Shown here one piece after another: positions 8,456 to 18,100 of a DNA stretch of 54,074 nt. The notes under the pieces are model-generated. The model was not told the DNA's origin. It saw only the letters and a program-made list of their open reading frames with translations, and made no database searches. Source of the DNA: a virus; the IMG/VR virus record IMGVR_UViG_3300009783_000001; one strand, written 5' to 3'. The position numbers and the translations under genes are program-made. Position 1 is the first letter of the stretch. Each line of letters opens with the position of its first letter.

Positions 8456-9216
8456 GCAACCGAGGCGAGAGGCCTCAGAAAGGACGCGAGATGCGTTCCA
8501 TGCAAGAAGAGCAGGTCCCGTGGTGGAAGCTGTTGGAGGAAGTCCTCGGGTTCGAGGACGACGACGATGGTGACGACGATGACGGGGATGACGACGGCAC
8601 CGATGACGGTGACGACGGTGATGATGACGACGGTGACGACGAGGACGAGAAGTCCAAGCCGAAGCCGCCCGACACCGCCGCCCTGAAGTCGGCACTCCGC
8701 AAGGAGCGTCGTGATCGCAAGGCTGCCGAGAAGCGGGAGAAGGCGAAGGACGCCGAGATCGCCCGCCTCAAGAAGGGCACCACCAAGAAGAAGGAGGAGG
8801 ACGACGCGGAAGCGGAGGCCAAGGACGAGGAGCTCTCGAGCACCAAGACCAAGGCCGAGCGCATCGCTGCGAAGCTCCTCCGGACCGAGGTGGACAAGGA
8901 GATCGCCAAGGCGGCCCGCAAGCTGGGCTTCCTCGACGAGGACGAGGCCGTGGCCTTGGTCAAGCGTTCGGAGATCGACGCTGACCAGGACGAGGACAAC
9001 CCCGAGGAGATCGACATCGACGTCGAGTCCGTGCAGGAGGTCGTCGAGGCCCTGGCGAAGGACAAGCCCCACCTGCTCAAGGCCAAGGATGAGGATGAAG
9101 AGGATGACGGCGAGATGCCCAGTCCGTCCAAGTTCAACGGCAAGAAGAAGGGCAAGAACCGGGCCAACGACGAAGCTCTCGTCAACCGGTACCCGGCGTT
9201 GAAGAACAAGAGCTGA
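8452..9216 (+). CDS. scaffolding protein
   Basis: Highly charged, coiled-coil-like (ALRKERRDRKAAEKREKAKDAEIARLKK) with a poly-Asp/Gly run. Lies between portal and capsid genes. Alternative ATG start at 8491. Confidence 0.7.
   Translation: MSNRGERPQKGREMRSMQEEQVPWWKLLEEVLGFEDDDDGDDDDGDDDGTDDGDDGDDDDGDDEDEKSKPKPPDTAALKSALRKERRDRKAAEKREKAKDAEIARLKKGTTKKKEEDDAEAEAKDEELSSTKTKAERIAAKLLRTEVDKEIAKAARKLGFLDEDEAVALVKRSEIDADQDEDNPEEIDIDVESVQEVVEALAKDKPHLLKAKDEDEEDDGEMPSPSKFNGKKKGKNRANDEALVNRYPALKNKS
8554..8649 (+). repeat. GAY/GGY trinucleotide low-complexity run (poly-Asp/Gly) inside the scaffold gene
   Basis: Encodes EDDDDGDDDDGDDDGTDDGDDGDDDDGDDEDE. Confidence 0.6.
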
Positions 9217-9271
9217 GGGAACAAGCCCTCAGCACAACCGTTCCCCGAAGGGGGAACAGGAAGGCAAATCC

Positions 9272-9634
9272 ATGGCTCGCATCGACAAGTACGATGGAGT
9301 GGATGGTGGTTTCCGAGCGCCTCTCGCCGCAAACCGTTCCGGAGCCGCTGCACCCGTTGCAGTCGGCCTCGACGTGAACGGTCGCATCGTGGCAGGCGCT
9401 GGGAACTCCGGCTTGGTGGGTGTGCTCTGCATGCCCGATGACCACTCCGCCGGAGACATCCTCGACATCATGACCGACGGGGAGCTCGTCGAGTTCGCCG
9501 GGGTCGCCGGCACGGCGTACACCGCCAACACCACCACCGGTGCCATCACCAGCGCAGCTGCGTCTGGCACCCAGATCAAGGTCGGAGCAACGGTTGAGGC
9601 CACGCGCCTCATCGTCCGATTCGGAAGGGGCTGA
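9272..9634 (+). CDS. head decoration / capsid-accessory protein (DUF2190-like, putative)
   Basis: 120 aa, Gly/Ala-rich. The position between scaffold and major capsid gene is typical of this class. Confidence 0.5.
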   Translation: MARIDKYDGVDGGFRAPLAANRSGAAAPVAVGLDVNGRIVAGAGNSGLVGVLCMPDDHSAGDILDIMTDGELVEFAGVAGTAYTANTTTGAITSAAASGTQIKVGATVEATRLIVRFGRG

Positions 9635-9636
9635 GC

Positions 9637-10824
9637 ATGACGATCGAACTTCTCGACCGTGACCTCGCACTGCCCGGCTCCAACGCCTACCACGACCAGA
9701 TGGAGCTCCTGCTCTTGCCGGACGAGGTCAAGGGCTACGAGCGGGGCACCAACCAGGAGGCGGACCTCCTCCGCCTGAGGGAGACCGCCGACGGCGCCGA
9801 CCTCAACGCCATGTGGCGGGAGTTCAACCGCGTCGTGGCGATGAACAACGCCGACCGGAGCCGCCTCGTGCAGCTCCTCAGCTACCGGGTGTCCAACGAC
9901 GTCGAGCGCGTCTACTACCCGGTGTCCGAGGACTTCGAGGAGGCCTCGGAGTTCGGCGAGCCGAAGGGCGTGCGGCTCGGCCGTCCGTTCTCCATGGGCT
10001 TCGACTTCAAGTGGTACGACCTGGCCATCCGCTACACGTGGAAGTTCCTGGTCGATGCCACCTCGGAGGAGCTCCGTGCGCTCACCAACGAGGCGCTGGA
10101 GGCGGACAACCGCCTGGTCTTCACCCGGATCATGAAGGCGGTGTTCAACCCGGCCAACCGCACGGCCGAGATCAACGGCGCCGCCTACAACGTCTACGCC
10201 CTGTACAACGGCGACGGCACGGTGCCGCCGCAGTACAAGACCACGACGTTCGACAACACCCACACCCACTACCTCGCCTCCGGCGCTGGCACGGTGGACT
10301 CGGGTGACCTCGACGACATGGAAGAGCACCTCTTCCACCACGGCTACCGCATGACCAACGGCTACCAGCTCGTGCTGCTGGCCAACCGGCAGGAGGCCCA
10401 GGTCATCCGGGGCTTCACGGTGGCCGGCGGCGACGCCTACGACTTCATCCCGAACGGCAACGTCGGGGGCGGGATCCTGCGGGACCCCAAGCAGATCGTG
10501 GGCCAGCCGGGCGGCTCGGGCATCCCGGGCGAGATCGGGACCTACGGCCCGTTCAACGTCATCGAGGAGGAGTACATCCCCGCCGGGTACATGGTGGCCT
10601 TCGCCACCGGAGGCGAGGAGTCCCTCGGGAACATGATCGGCATCCGGGAGCACGCCAACGCGTCGGTCCGTGGTCTGCAGCTCGTCAAGGGCCCGGACAA
10701 CGACTACCCGCTGACGGACTCCTTCTACCGCCACGGTCTCGGGACGGGCATCCGTCACCGGGGCGCAGGCGTCGTCATGAAGATCACCGCCGGCGCGTAC
10801 GCGGCTCCGTCGCAGTACGCCTGA
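9637..10824 (+). CDS. major capsid protein
   Basis: 395 aa in the canonical position after scaffold/decoration genes. Followed by a strong hairpin. Confidence 0.8.
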   Translation: MTIELLDRDLALPGSNAYHDQMELLLLPDEVKGYERGTNQEADLLRLRETADGADLNAMWREFNRVVAMNNADRSRLVQLLSYRVSNDVERVYYPVSEDFEEASEFGEPKGVRLGRPFSMGFDFKWYDLAIRYTWKFLVDATSEELRALTNEALEADNRLVFTRIMKAVFNPANRTAEINGAAYNVYALYNGDGTVPPQYKTTTFDNTHTHYLASGAGTVDSGDLDDMEEHLFHHGYRMTNGYQLVLLANRQEAQVIRGFTVAGGDAYDFIPNGNVGGGILRDPKQIVGQPGGSGIPGEIGTYGPFNVIEEEYIPAGYMVAFATGGEESLGNMIGIREHANASVRGLQLVKGPDNDYPLTDSFYRHGLGTGIRHRGAGVVMKITAGAYAAPSQYA

Positions 10825-10844
10825 CCCACCCCCACATCACCCTG

Positions 10845-10880
10845 CCGGCTGAGGGCTTCGGCCCTCGGTCGGTGGGTGTG
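10845..10880 (+). terminator. hairpin/attenuator after the capsid gene
   Basis: GAGGGC-ttcg-GCCCTC core (10851-10866) followed by a G/T-rich tail GGTCGGTGGGTGTGG. Confidence 0.45.
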
Positions 10881-10894
10881 GGAGAGAGGAACAC

Positions 10895-11335
10895 ATGTCC
10901 AAGCAGCTGGATCTCAGCGATCCGACCAAGCTCAGCGACGAAGACCTGCAGTATGCCCTCAGCCGAGGCAAGCTGCCGCAGGACGTCGTCGATTCCATCA
11001 TGCAGGATCCGGAGCGCCGTGCGGCCGCCACCGGCAACCTGTTCGCCCCCACCCCGATCGAGGACCAGGTGCACACCGGCACCATCAACTCGGCCGGCCT
11101 GACCCAGGCGGAGTACGACCGAGCGGTCGAGCTCCTTCGCCAGGAGCAGGGCGGGGACGACGACGAGGAAGACGAGGGCAGCGGTGAGCCCGAGGACTAC
11201 GACGAGGGATGGAACAACGACGACCGTCGTGCCGAGCTCTCGCGTCGTGGCCTCCCCGTCGAAGGCAACAAGGACGAGCTCATCGCTCGACTCCTCGCCG
11301 ACGACGCGGAGGACGAGGACACCGAGGGGTCCTGA
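10895..11335 (+). CDS. SAP/HeH-motif acidic protein
   Basis: C-terminal RRAELSRRGLPVEGNKDELIARLL matches the SAP/Rho-N helix-extended-helix pattern. Acidic linker. Confidence 0.55.
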   Translation: MSKQLDLSDPTKLSDEDLQYALSRGKLPQDVVDSIMQDPERRAAATGNLFAPTPIEDQVHTGTINSAGLTQAEYDRAVELLRQEQGGDDDEEDEGSGEPEDYDEGWNNDDRRAELSRRGLPVEGNKDELIARLLADDAEDEDTEGS

Positions 11336-11658
11336 TGAGCGACTCCTCGGAAGTCCGGGCCAAGCTGGGGGAGCGCATCCCCCAGGACGGTGCGGACACA
11401 GACACCATGTTCACGAACGCAGAGATCCTCGACCTGCTCGCCACCTACGGTGGTGTGGAGGGAGCAGTGCTCGAGGGTTGGCGCCGCAAGGCAGCTGAGT
11501 TCGCAAACCTGGTGGACACCACCGAGGGGACTTCCAAGCGGGCCATGAGCAACCTCCATGCTCAGGCCCTCGCTCAGATCAAGATCCTCGAGACCGAATC
11601 AACTGGGGCCCCTCGAGCGAGGTCCCATGCGATCAGCAGGGCAAGTGAACGATCATGA
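11335..11658 (+). CDS. head-tail connector/adaptor protein (putative)
   Basis: 107 aa, ATGA-coupled. Position between capsid and tail genes. Confidence 0.4.
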   Translation: MSDSSEVRAKLGERIPQDGADTDTMFTNAEILDLLATYGGVEGAVLEGWRRKAAEFANLVDTTEGTSKRAMSNLHAQALAQIKILETESTGAPRARSHAISRASERS

Positions 11659-12056
11659 CCGCAGCAGCAGAACGCCAGATGGCCCGACGCAACACTCGGG
11701 CGTTCATCGACGCTGACCCGTGCAAGATCGTCATCAAGCGCTCGATGATGGAAGAGACGGAGGCTGGTGGCAGAAGGGCCCTGCCGCCGGCCACCCTCGC
11801 CCCTCAAACGGTTCGTCTCGTGCCGCTCAGCGGTAACGTTTGGGACCGCAGCAAGATGACCACCGACGAGGGCAACCTCCCGGATGTCACCCACCAGATC
11901 GTGGGGATGCCGAACTTGAGCATCGAGAAGGACGACATCTTCGTGAGCACGGATGCTGAGGGTCGCAAGACCGAGTGGCTCGTGGCTCACGTCTCCCCTG
12001 AGAGGGGGAACCGCACTTCCGGCTACGTTGTGGTGCGAGACCAGAAGGCGGAGTAA
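11655..12056 (+). CDS. head closure / head-tail joining protein (putative)
   Basis: 133 aa, start/stop overlap. Call rests on position in the connector module. Confidence 0.4.
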   Translation: MTAAAERQMARRNTRAFIDADPCKIVIKRSMMEETEAGGRRALPPATLAPQTVRLVPLSGNVWDRSKMTTDEGNLPDVTHQIVGMPNLSIEKDDIFVSTDAEGRKTEWLVAHVSPERGNRTSGYVVVRDQKAE

Positions 12057-12403
12057 TGGCTCGAAGCGGGGTTTACTGGTATTACAACACCCTGACCCCT
12101 CGCCTTCGGGGTTTCCCCGTTGCAGTCAATCTCATGATCGGGGAAGCCCTGGATCAGGCTGCTGCAGATATCGAGGAGTACATGAAGGCCAACGCCCCCT
12201 GGGAAGACCAGACAGGCGAGGCACGAGAGGGCCTGGGTGCTGAAGCCAGCAACTCAGGTTTCTTCCACACCATCGAGCTGTTCCACTCAGTGGACTACGG
12301 CATCTGGCTCGAGGTCAAGTGGTCAGGGCAATACGCGATCATCGTTCCCACGATGGAGCGCATGGGTCCGCAGGTAATGGCAAACCTCAACGGGTTGATC
12401 TGA
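12056..12403 (+). CDS. HK97 gp10-like neck/tail-completion protein (putative)
   Basis: 115 aa. ...MKANAPWEDQTGEAREGL... resembles the gp10-family core. Confidence 0.5.
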   Translation: MARSGVYWYYNTLTPRLRGFPVAVNLMIGEALDQAAADIEEYMKANAPWEDQTGEAREGLGAEASNSGFFHTIELFHSVDYGIWLEVKWSGQYAIIVPTMERMGPQVMANLNGLI

Positions 12404-12410
12404 GGATCCA

Positions 12411-12800
12411 ATGACTCGACGCACAGAACTCTACGCTGCTCTCATGGGCCATACCGGGTTGCAGGCTATCGTCGACGGACGAGTAGCCTCCTCGGGGTCG
12501 CTGAACAACGTTCCCGCCCGCCCCTTCGTCCTCATCCGACTGCACAACGCGTACCGCATGAGCAACATCGGTAAGCGTGACATCGCCCAGGTGTGGTGCC
12601 ATGATGAGCCCGGCGACTACATGGTCGTCGACGAGATGATGGAGCACTGCCGGGAAGCCATCGAGTCCATCGTGGGTGCAGGCAACCTCTGCGCTTGGGA
12701 ATGGATCGAAGACTCGGTCGATCTCAAGGACGATGACATGCACACCGTCTGCAGGAACGCCCGGTACCAAGCAACATCCACTACGCCCGAAAGGCAATGA
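12411..12800 (+). CDS. tail terminator/completion protein (DUF3168-like, putative)
   Basis: 129 aa. LYAALMGHTGLQAIVDGRV...ARPFVLI pattern. Located just upstream of the major tail region. Confidence 0.45.
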   Translation: MTRRTELYAALMGHTGLQAIVDGRVASSGSLNNVPARPFVLIRLHNAYRMSNIGKRDIAQVWCHDEPGDYMVVDEMMEHCREAIESIVGAGNLCAWEWIEDSVDLKDDDMHTVCRNARYQATSTTPERQ

Positions 12801-12801
12801 C

Positions 12802-13218
12802 ATGTTCCTCAAGTACGTCCACGACCACTCCAGCAGCTACACGCTGACGGCCAAGGACCTGAACCGCATCAAGCCGAAGGACGCCCCCGAGGTCACCCTC
12901 GAAGCGCCCCTCGTGTTCCCGGTCGATGAGCCCGTCGAGGTCGACGAAGCGATCGCCCAGCTCATCCTCGAGCACAAGGGCCTCTACGACCTCATCCAGG
13001 TCGACGAGGACGGCGAGCCCGTCGAGAGCACGGTCGCCGAGACCGACGAGGCCGATGCCCCGGAAGAGACCGCCAAGGCCGGCAGCCTCGGTGCCTCGAG
13101 CTCCCCCGGAGCGACGTCCAGCGCGTCGGCCGGTGCATCGACGGCTGGCTCGTCGACCGCAGGCAGCGGTGGGGCCTCCGGTGGCGGCTCGAGCACGGGC
13201 CCCTCGGGCGGCAACTGA
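12802..13218 (+). CDS. hypothetical protein with Ser/Gly/Ala-rich C-terminus
   Basis: ATG 12802, 138 aa. Confidence 0.5.
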   Translation: MFLKYVHDHSSSYTLTAKDLNRIKPKDAPEVTLEAPLVFPVDEPVEVDEAIAQLILEHKGLYDLIQVDEDGEPVESTVAETDEADAPEETAKAGSLGASSSPGATSSASAGASTAGSSTAGSGGASGGGSSTGPSGGN

Positions 13219-13265
13219 TCACGAGCGATCCGCTCGCCTAGGGACGCGTCAGGAGCCCATCCCTC

Positions 13266-13463
13266 ATGTCCGAACTCCGGTGCGACTACAAGCTTCACGG
13301 CATCCTGGTCGACGATCACACCCTCGAAACACGCTGCGGCAGCAAGTTCTGCGGCAAGGCCCCTGGTGTGGTCGTGATTCACCGCTTCGATCTTCGTACG
13401 GGTGCTTTCACAACGCGTCGGTACGCAGAACCACCAACCAACCAGCATGAAAGTGAGGGCTAA
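13266..13463 (+). CDS. hypothetical small Cys-containing protein (65 aa)
   Basis: ORF between tail-completion and major tail genes. No family recognised. Confidence 0.4.
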   Translation: MSELRCDYKLHGILVDDHTLETRCGSKFCGKAPGVVVIHRFDLRTGAFTTRRYAEPPTNQHESEG

Positions 13464-13465
13464 CC

Positions 13466-14011
13466 ATGCCCCTCGAAGATCCCATCATCGGCTACGGGTT
13501 GCGTGACGTCCACGTTGCGCCCCTCGACAACACGGACACCCCCGGCACGTGGGTGGACCTCCCCATCGCCCAGACCCTCTCCTGGTCGGAAGACGAGGAC
13601 TTCGAGGAGCTCCGGGGCGACGACAAGCTCCAGGCCTCTCGGGGCAAGGGCGCCCAGATCGCCTGGGACCTGGAGGAGGGCGGCATCTCGCTGGCCGCCT
13701 ACAAGGTCATGGCCGGCGGCACCATCACGGCTTCGGGCACCACCCCGGCGCTGCGTCGTCGCTTCAACAAGAAGTCGACCGACGTCCGCCCCTGGTTCCA
13801 GATCCGGGGACAGGTCATCACGGACGGTGGCGGCGACCTCCACTGCGTGATCTACAAGGCCAAGGTCACCGGCTCCATCGAAGGCGAGTTCGCCGACGGT
13901 TCGTTCGAGGTCACCAAGATGTCGGGCATCGGCATCGGCAACGCCGACGACGACCTGTACGACTGGCTCGACCACGAGACGGCGATCGCCGTCGACGACG
14001 AGGACGCCTGA
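13466..14011 (+). CDS. major tail protein
   Basis: 181 aa, directly upstream of the chaperone/tape-measure set. Sequence style resembles siphovirus tail-tube proteins. Confidence 0.7.
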   Translation: MPLEDPIIGYGLRDVHVAPLDNTDTPGTWVDLPIAQTLSWSEDEDFEELRGDDKLQASRGKGAQIAWDLEEGGISLAAYKVMAGGTITASGTTPALRRRFNKKSTDVRPWFQIRGQVITDGGGDLHCVIYKAKVTGSIEGEFADGSFEVTKMSGIGIGNADDDLYDWLDHETAIAVDDEDA

Positions 14012-14081
14012 CCCAGCTCATCCCACACCCTCGATGATCGTGCACCCCAAAATAGCCTCGTCGTAGACTACGTGCACGAGA

Positions 14082-14108
14082 ACTCAACTATCCCGTAGAA
14101 AGTTGAGT
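14082..14108. repeat. ACTCAACT-N11-AGTTGAGT hairpin (CTCAACTA family)
   Basis: 8-bp inverted repeat, with an extra GTTGAGTCA half-site at 14148-14156. Related hairpins at 44441-44467 and 50411-50430. Confidence 0.6.
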
Positions 14109-14294
14109 CAAAAAATCACACCACCCTCATGCTACCCCGAGAGAAGGTTGAGTCATCATCGCAGTCGATCACCCCTTCAACGGGTTGTGATCGCCTCTGC
14201 AGATGCATGACGATCAACCTCCCTCTTGCGGTGCATTGTAAGGTTGGTATACGGCATCCCAAGAACAACCCCATCAGGAGCCCAGGAGGCCAGC

Positions 14295-14969
14295 ATGGCA
14301 ACGAAGAAGACCCCAGCCAAGAAGACCGCAGCGAAGAAGGCACCCGCCAAGAAGGCTGCAGCGAAGAAGAAGGGCGGCGACCCCCGCAACAAGCGGCCCG
14401 GTCGTACCACCCCACCAACCCCGCCCGCCGCTCCGGCTGGGCCCACCAGCGCCAAGGCCTGGAAGGGCAAGAAGTCGAAGAAGCCCTACGAGCTGGCACT
14501 TCCGAGCGGCAACGTCTGCTTGGTGCGAGCCGTAGGGATGGAGTCGTTTCTCAAGGGCGGCTTGATCCCCAACTCCCTCCTCGGCCTGGTCCAGGGTGCG
14601 CTCGACAAGGCGAAGTCGGGCAACGAGATCACCAAGGAGGACGAGGACCAGTTCATGGAGACCCTCATGGGTGACCAGCAGAAGATCGACGACATGTTCC
14701 GCCTCATCGACGAGGTCACCCTCGCCACGGTGGTGGAGCCCGAGGTGCACCGCGTGCCCACCAAGGACGACGGCAACGGCGTGCAGGTCCGGGACCCCGA
14801 TGCGATGGACGACGACCTCCTCTACGTCGAGGACGTGGACACCGACGACAAGATGCACATCTTCAACGTCGTCGTGGGAGGCACGGACGACTACGAGTCG
14901 TTTCGTGATGAGGCTGCAGAACGTCTGGCAGCTCTCGGTGATGGCCAAGGAGATTCACCAACGGCCTAG
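14295..14969 (+). CDS. tail assembly chaperone (G-like) with N-terminal PAKKA lysine repeats
   Basis: ATG 14295 with a GGAGG-type RBS. Position before the tape measure. N-terminus KKTPAKKTAAKKAPAKKAAAKKK. Confidence 0.65.
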   Translation: MATKKTPAKKTAAKKAPAKKAAAKKKGGDPRNKRPGRTTPPTPPAAPAGPTSAKAWKGKKSKKPYELALPSGNVCLVRAVGMESFLKGGLIPNSLLGLVQGALDKAKSGNEITKEDEDQFMETLMGDQQKIDDMFRLIDEVTLATVVEPEVHRVPTKDDGNGVQVRDPDAMDDDLLYVEDVDTDDKMHIFNVVVGGTDDYESFRDEAAERLAALGDGQGDSPTA

Positions 14970-15186
14970 CAAGCTGTTGGGGATCAAGGCCCCGTACGCT
15001 GCCTACTGCATGGATGAAGCGATCCTGGTTGGTGGGTCGCTCATCCAGGCAGAGGTAGAGAAGATCACCCACAAGAATGCCAAGGTCCAGGCAACACGAC
15101 GCGACGACAAGCTGCGTCAGCTCCTGGGTCTTCCGAAGCTCAAGCGCACCAGGCAGTTCAAACAACCACCCCCACTACAGAAGTAA
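14941..15186 (+). CDS. tail assembly chaperone extension (T-like): frameshift product or separate 81-aa ORF
   Basis: The +1 frame is open from 14596 and overlaps the end of the G-like ORF. In-frame ATG at 14941. Ends 9 nt before the tape measure start. Confidence 0.45.
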   Translation: MAKEIHQRPSKLLGIKAPYAAYCMDEAILVGGSLIQAEVEKITHKNAKVQATRRDDKLRQLLGLPKLKRTRQFKQPPPLQK

Positions 15187-15195
15187 GGGGTAGCC

Positions 15196-18100
15196 GTGAG
15201 CGGTTACGACTTGGGCACAGCCCGAGGCAGAGTAGAAATCGACGCTTCGAGTCTGGGCCGTGCCACGGCTGGGCTTGACAAGATGGGCAAGGGCCTCCTC
15301 GTCACAGGGGCCATCGGCGCTGCCGCCTTCGTCGGTGTGGTCAAGGCGGCTGCCGACTTTGAGCAGATCATGTCTGCAGTGGGGGCGGTGTCCGGGGCTT
15401 CCGAGAAGCAGATGGGGAAGCTTCGAGACACCGCCCTTGACCTGGGCATCAAGACCAAGTACTCCGCCAAGGAAGTCGCCGCAGCGATGGAGGACTTGGT
15501 CAAGGCGGGTGTTTCCGTCGAGGACGTGGTGGGTGGAGCGGCGGAAGCTACCACCATGCTGGCTGCGGCTGCCGGTGAAGAGCTCCCGGGTGGTATCACT
15601 CAGGGTGCTGAGATCATCGCCAACGCGATGAAGACGTTCGAGGCCTCCGCAGAGGACCTCACTCACTTCTCAGATGTGCTCGTGGGTGCTGCGGCTTCCT
15701 CGACCATCAACATCGAGGATTTGGCGACAACGCTGAAGTACGCCGGTCCGATCGCTCACGAGCTGGGCATCAACATCGACGACCTGTCAGCCACGATCGC
15801 AATCCTGGGCGACCGAGGGATCAAGGGATCGACTGCGGGCACCTCACTTCGAGGGGTACTGCTCTCCCTGACCCCATCGTCCAAGAAGGCCACCAAGGCC
15901 ATGAAGGACTTGGGGTACATCACCGAGGACGGCAAGAACCAGTTCTACGACCTCAAGGGCAACCTGAAGTCGATGCCCGAGGTGATGCAGGTCTTGCAGA
16001 ACGGGCTCAAGGGCTTGTCCAAGCAGCAGAAGGTTGCCGCGTTCAACGCGATCTTCCAGCGCCGAGCCATGAACTCGGCTTTGGTCCTGGCTGGTCAGGG
16101 CGCCAAGGGGTTCGACAAGTACGCCGAGTCGATCAAGAAGACGAGTGCGGCTGACATCGCCGCCAAGAAGATGGACAACCTCCACGGTGCCATCGAGATC
16201 CTGAAGTCCTCGGTTGAGACCTTGGCCATCAAGGCCGGTACTTCCCTGCTCGGGATGCTCAAGGGTGTTGTTGAATGGGTCACCAAGGTGGTCAACTGGT
16301 TCGCTGCGTTGAACCCCAAGACGCTTGAGCTCGCCCTCAAGATCATCGCCATTTCGTCCGCCATCGCCATCGCTCTGGGGTCGGGGTTGTTGTTCCTCAG
16401 CTTCCTGCTGAAGATGTACCGAGCGTTCGTCGAGGTCAAGGCAGCTATGCTGCTGTTTGGCAATGCTCTGAAGATCTCTTTCCTGGCGAACCCGGTCTTC
16501 CTGGTGATCGCTGCCATCGTTGCCTTGGGTGCGGCCTTCTACCTGGCTTACACCAAGTCGGAGTCGTTCCGCAAGTTCGTGGACGGGTTGATCGACACCC
16601 TGCAGGACTTCGTCAAGCCGCTCCAGCCCATCGTCGACCGCCTCAAGTTGGTTGGTCACTACATTGCCATCATGGCTCGGATGTTCCTGAACGGGCAGCA
16701 GACGGCCAAGAAGTTCGGCAATATCATGGGCACAATCACGCGCATCCTCACGGGCAACCGTGATGCTTCGCTCTGGGTGACCAAGGCGGCAACCAAGCTG
16801 TACATGGTCTTCCGTCGGCTCTGGGAGGCAGCGGATCGCCTCCAGGCCAAGATCGACTTCGGCAAGGTCGCCAAGATCGCAGGTGTGGCCCTCCTCGCCA
16901 TGCTGGCACCGCTGGTTGCCCTGGCAATCGGGTTCATGCGGCTCTACCGCAGCAACGAGACGTTCCGTAACGCGATCCAATCTGCGATCGCCTGGATCAA
17001 GGCCAACGTCTTCCCAGTGTTCGCCTCGCTGATGGAGCTGTTCCGGGCATTGGTCCCCGTGATCGCCACGGTGGCTCGAAACGTGGTTCCGATCATCCAG
17101 GCCTGGTTCAGGTTGATGACCACGATCTTCAAGTTCTTCATCAACTTCGCCAAGCGGGCTTGGGCTTTGCTGGGTGACAACATCATCGCCATCCTGAAGA
17201 ACGCGTTCAACATCGTCAAGGGTGTTGTTACGGCTGCGCTTCGCATCATCCAGGGCATCATCCAGGTGGTCACTGGGATCATCAAGGGTGACTGGAGCAT
17301 GGTCTGGGGCGGCATCCAGAAGATCGTTAGTGGTGCCTGGGCCTTCATCCTCGCCATCGTCAAGGGTGCCCTGAACGCGGTTTGGATTGCGATCCAGACT
17401 GCGGTCGATGTCCTTCACCTTGCCTGGGATACGGCATGGGATGCGATCAAGAACGTGGTGCCGGCAGCGTTCAACTTCATGCTGCAGATCGTGAAGAAGG
17501 TTCTCTCGGCGATCTACCAGGTGGTGCTGCACCTCGTCAAGATGCTGCTCCAGCCCTTCGTGTGGCTCTACGACAAGCTGGTGGGGCACTCGGTCATCCC
17601 GGACATGATGAACGCCATGAAGAACATCATCAAGGGTGGCTTGGAGGCTGTTCTTCGGTTCTTCCGGGAGGCACCAGGCAAGATCCTGGGGGCCATGGCG
17701 AGCCTCGCTGGGAAGCTTCTGACCCTGGGCGACAAGGCCCTGGACGCGCTGCTCCGGGGGGCCAAGGCCGGGTGGAGCTCGCTCTACAACTGGGTGACGA
17801 TGCTGCCGGGCAAGATCCTGAGCGGCCTTGGAAACTTGGGCAGCATCCTCCTGGGGGCAGGTCGTTCGATCCTCCAGGGGCTCTTGGATGGCATGAAGGA
17901 AATCTGGGACGACGCTGCTGGGTGGCTGGGAGGCTTGGGCGGCAAGATCAAGGATCTCAAGGGTCCCCCCGAGTACGACAAGACTATCCTCATCAACAAC
18001 GGTGAGCTCATCATGCAGGGTCTCCGCAAGGGGCTGGCAGCGGGCATGAGCGACGTGGAAAAGCAGTTGGCGGCAACCACACAGATGTTCGATGACTACG

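Noticed and set aside
8554-8649. GAY/GGY trinucleotide run as a possible VNTR or contingency locus
   Set aside because: It lies in-frame inside the scaffold gene and encodes an acidic Asp/Gly linker typical of scaffolding proteins. There is no evidence of phase variation from a single sequence.
9229-10758. 509-aa ORF on the minus strand opposite the major capsid gene
   Set aside because: This is a typical GC-rich shadow ORF. The translation is Arg/Gly/Val/His low-complexity and lies fully antisense to a well-supported structural gene. It has no start context.
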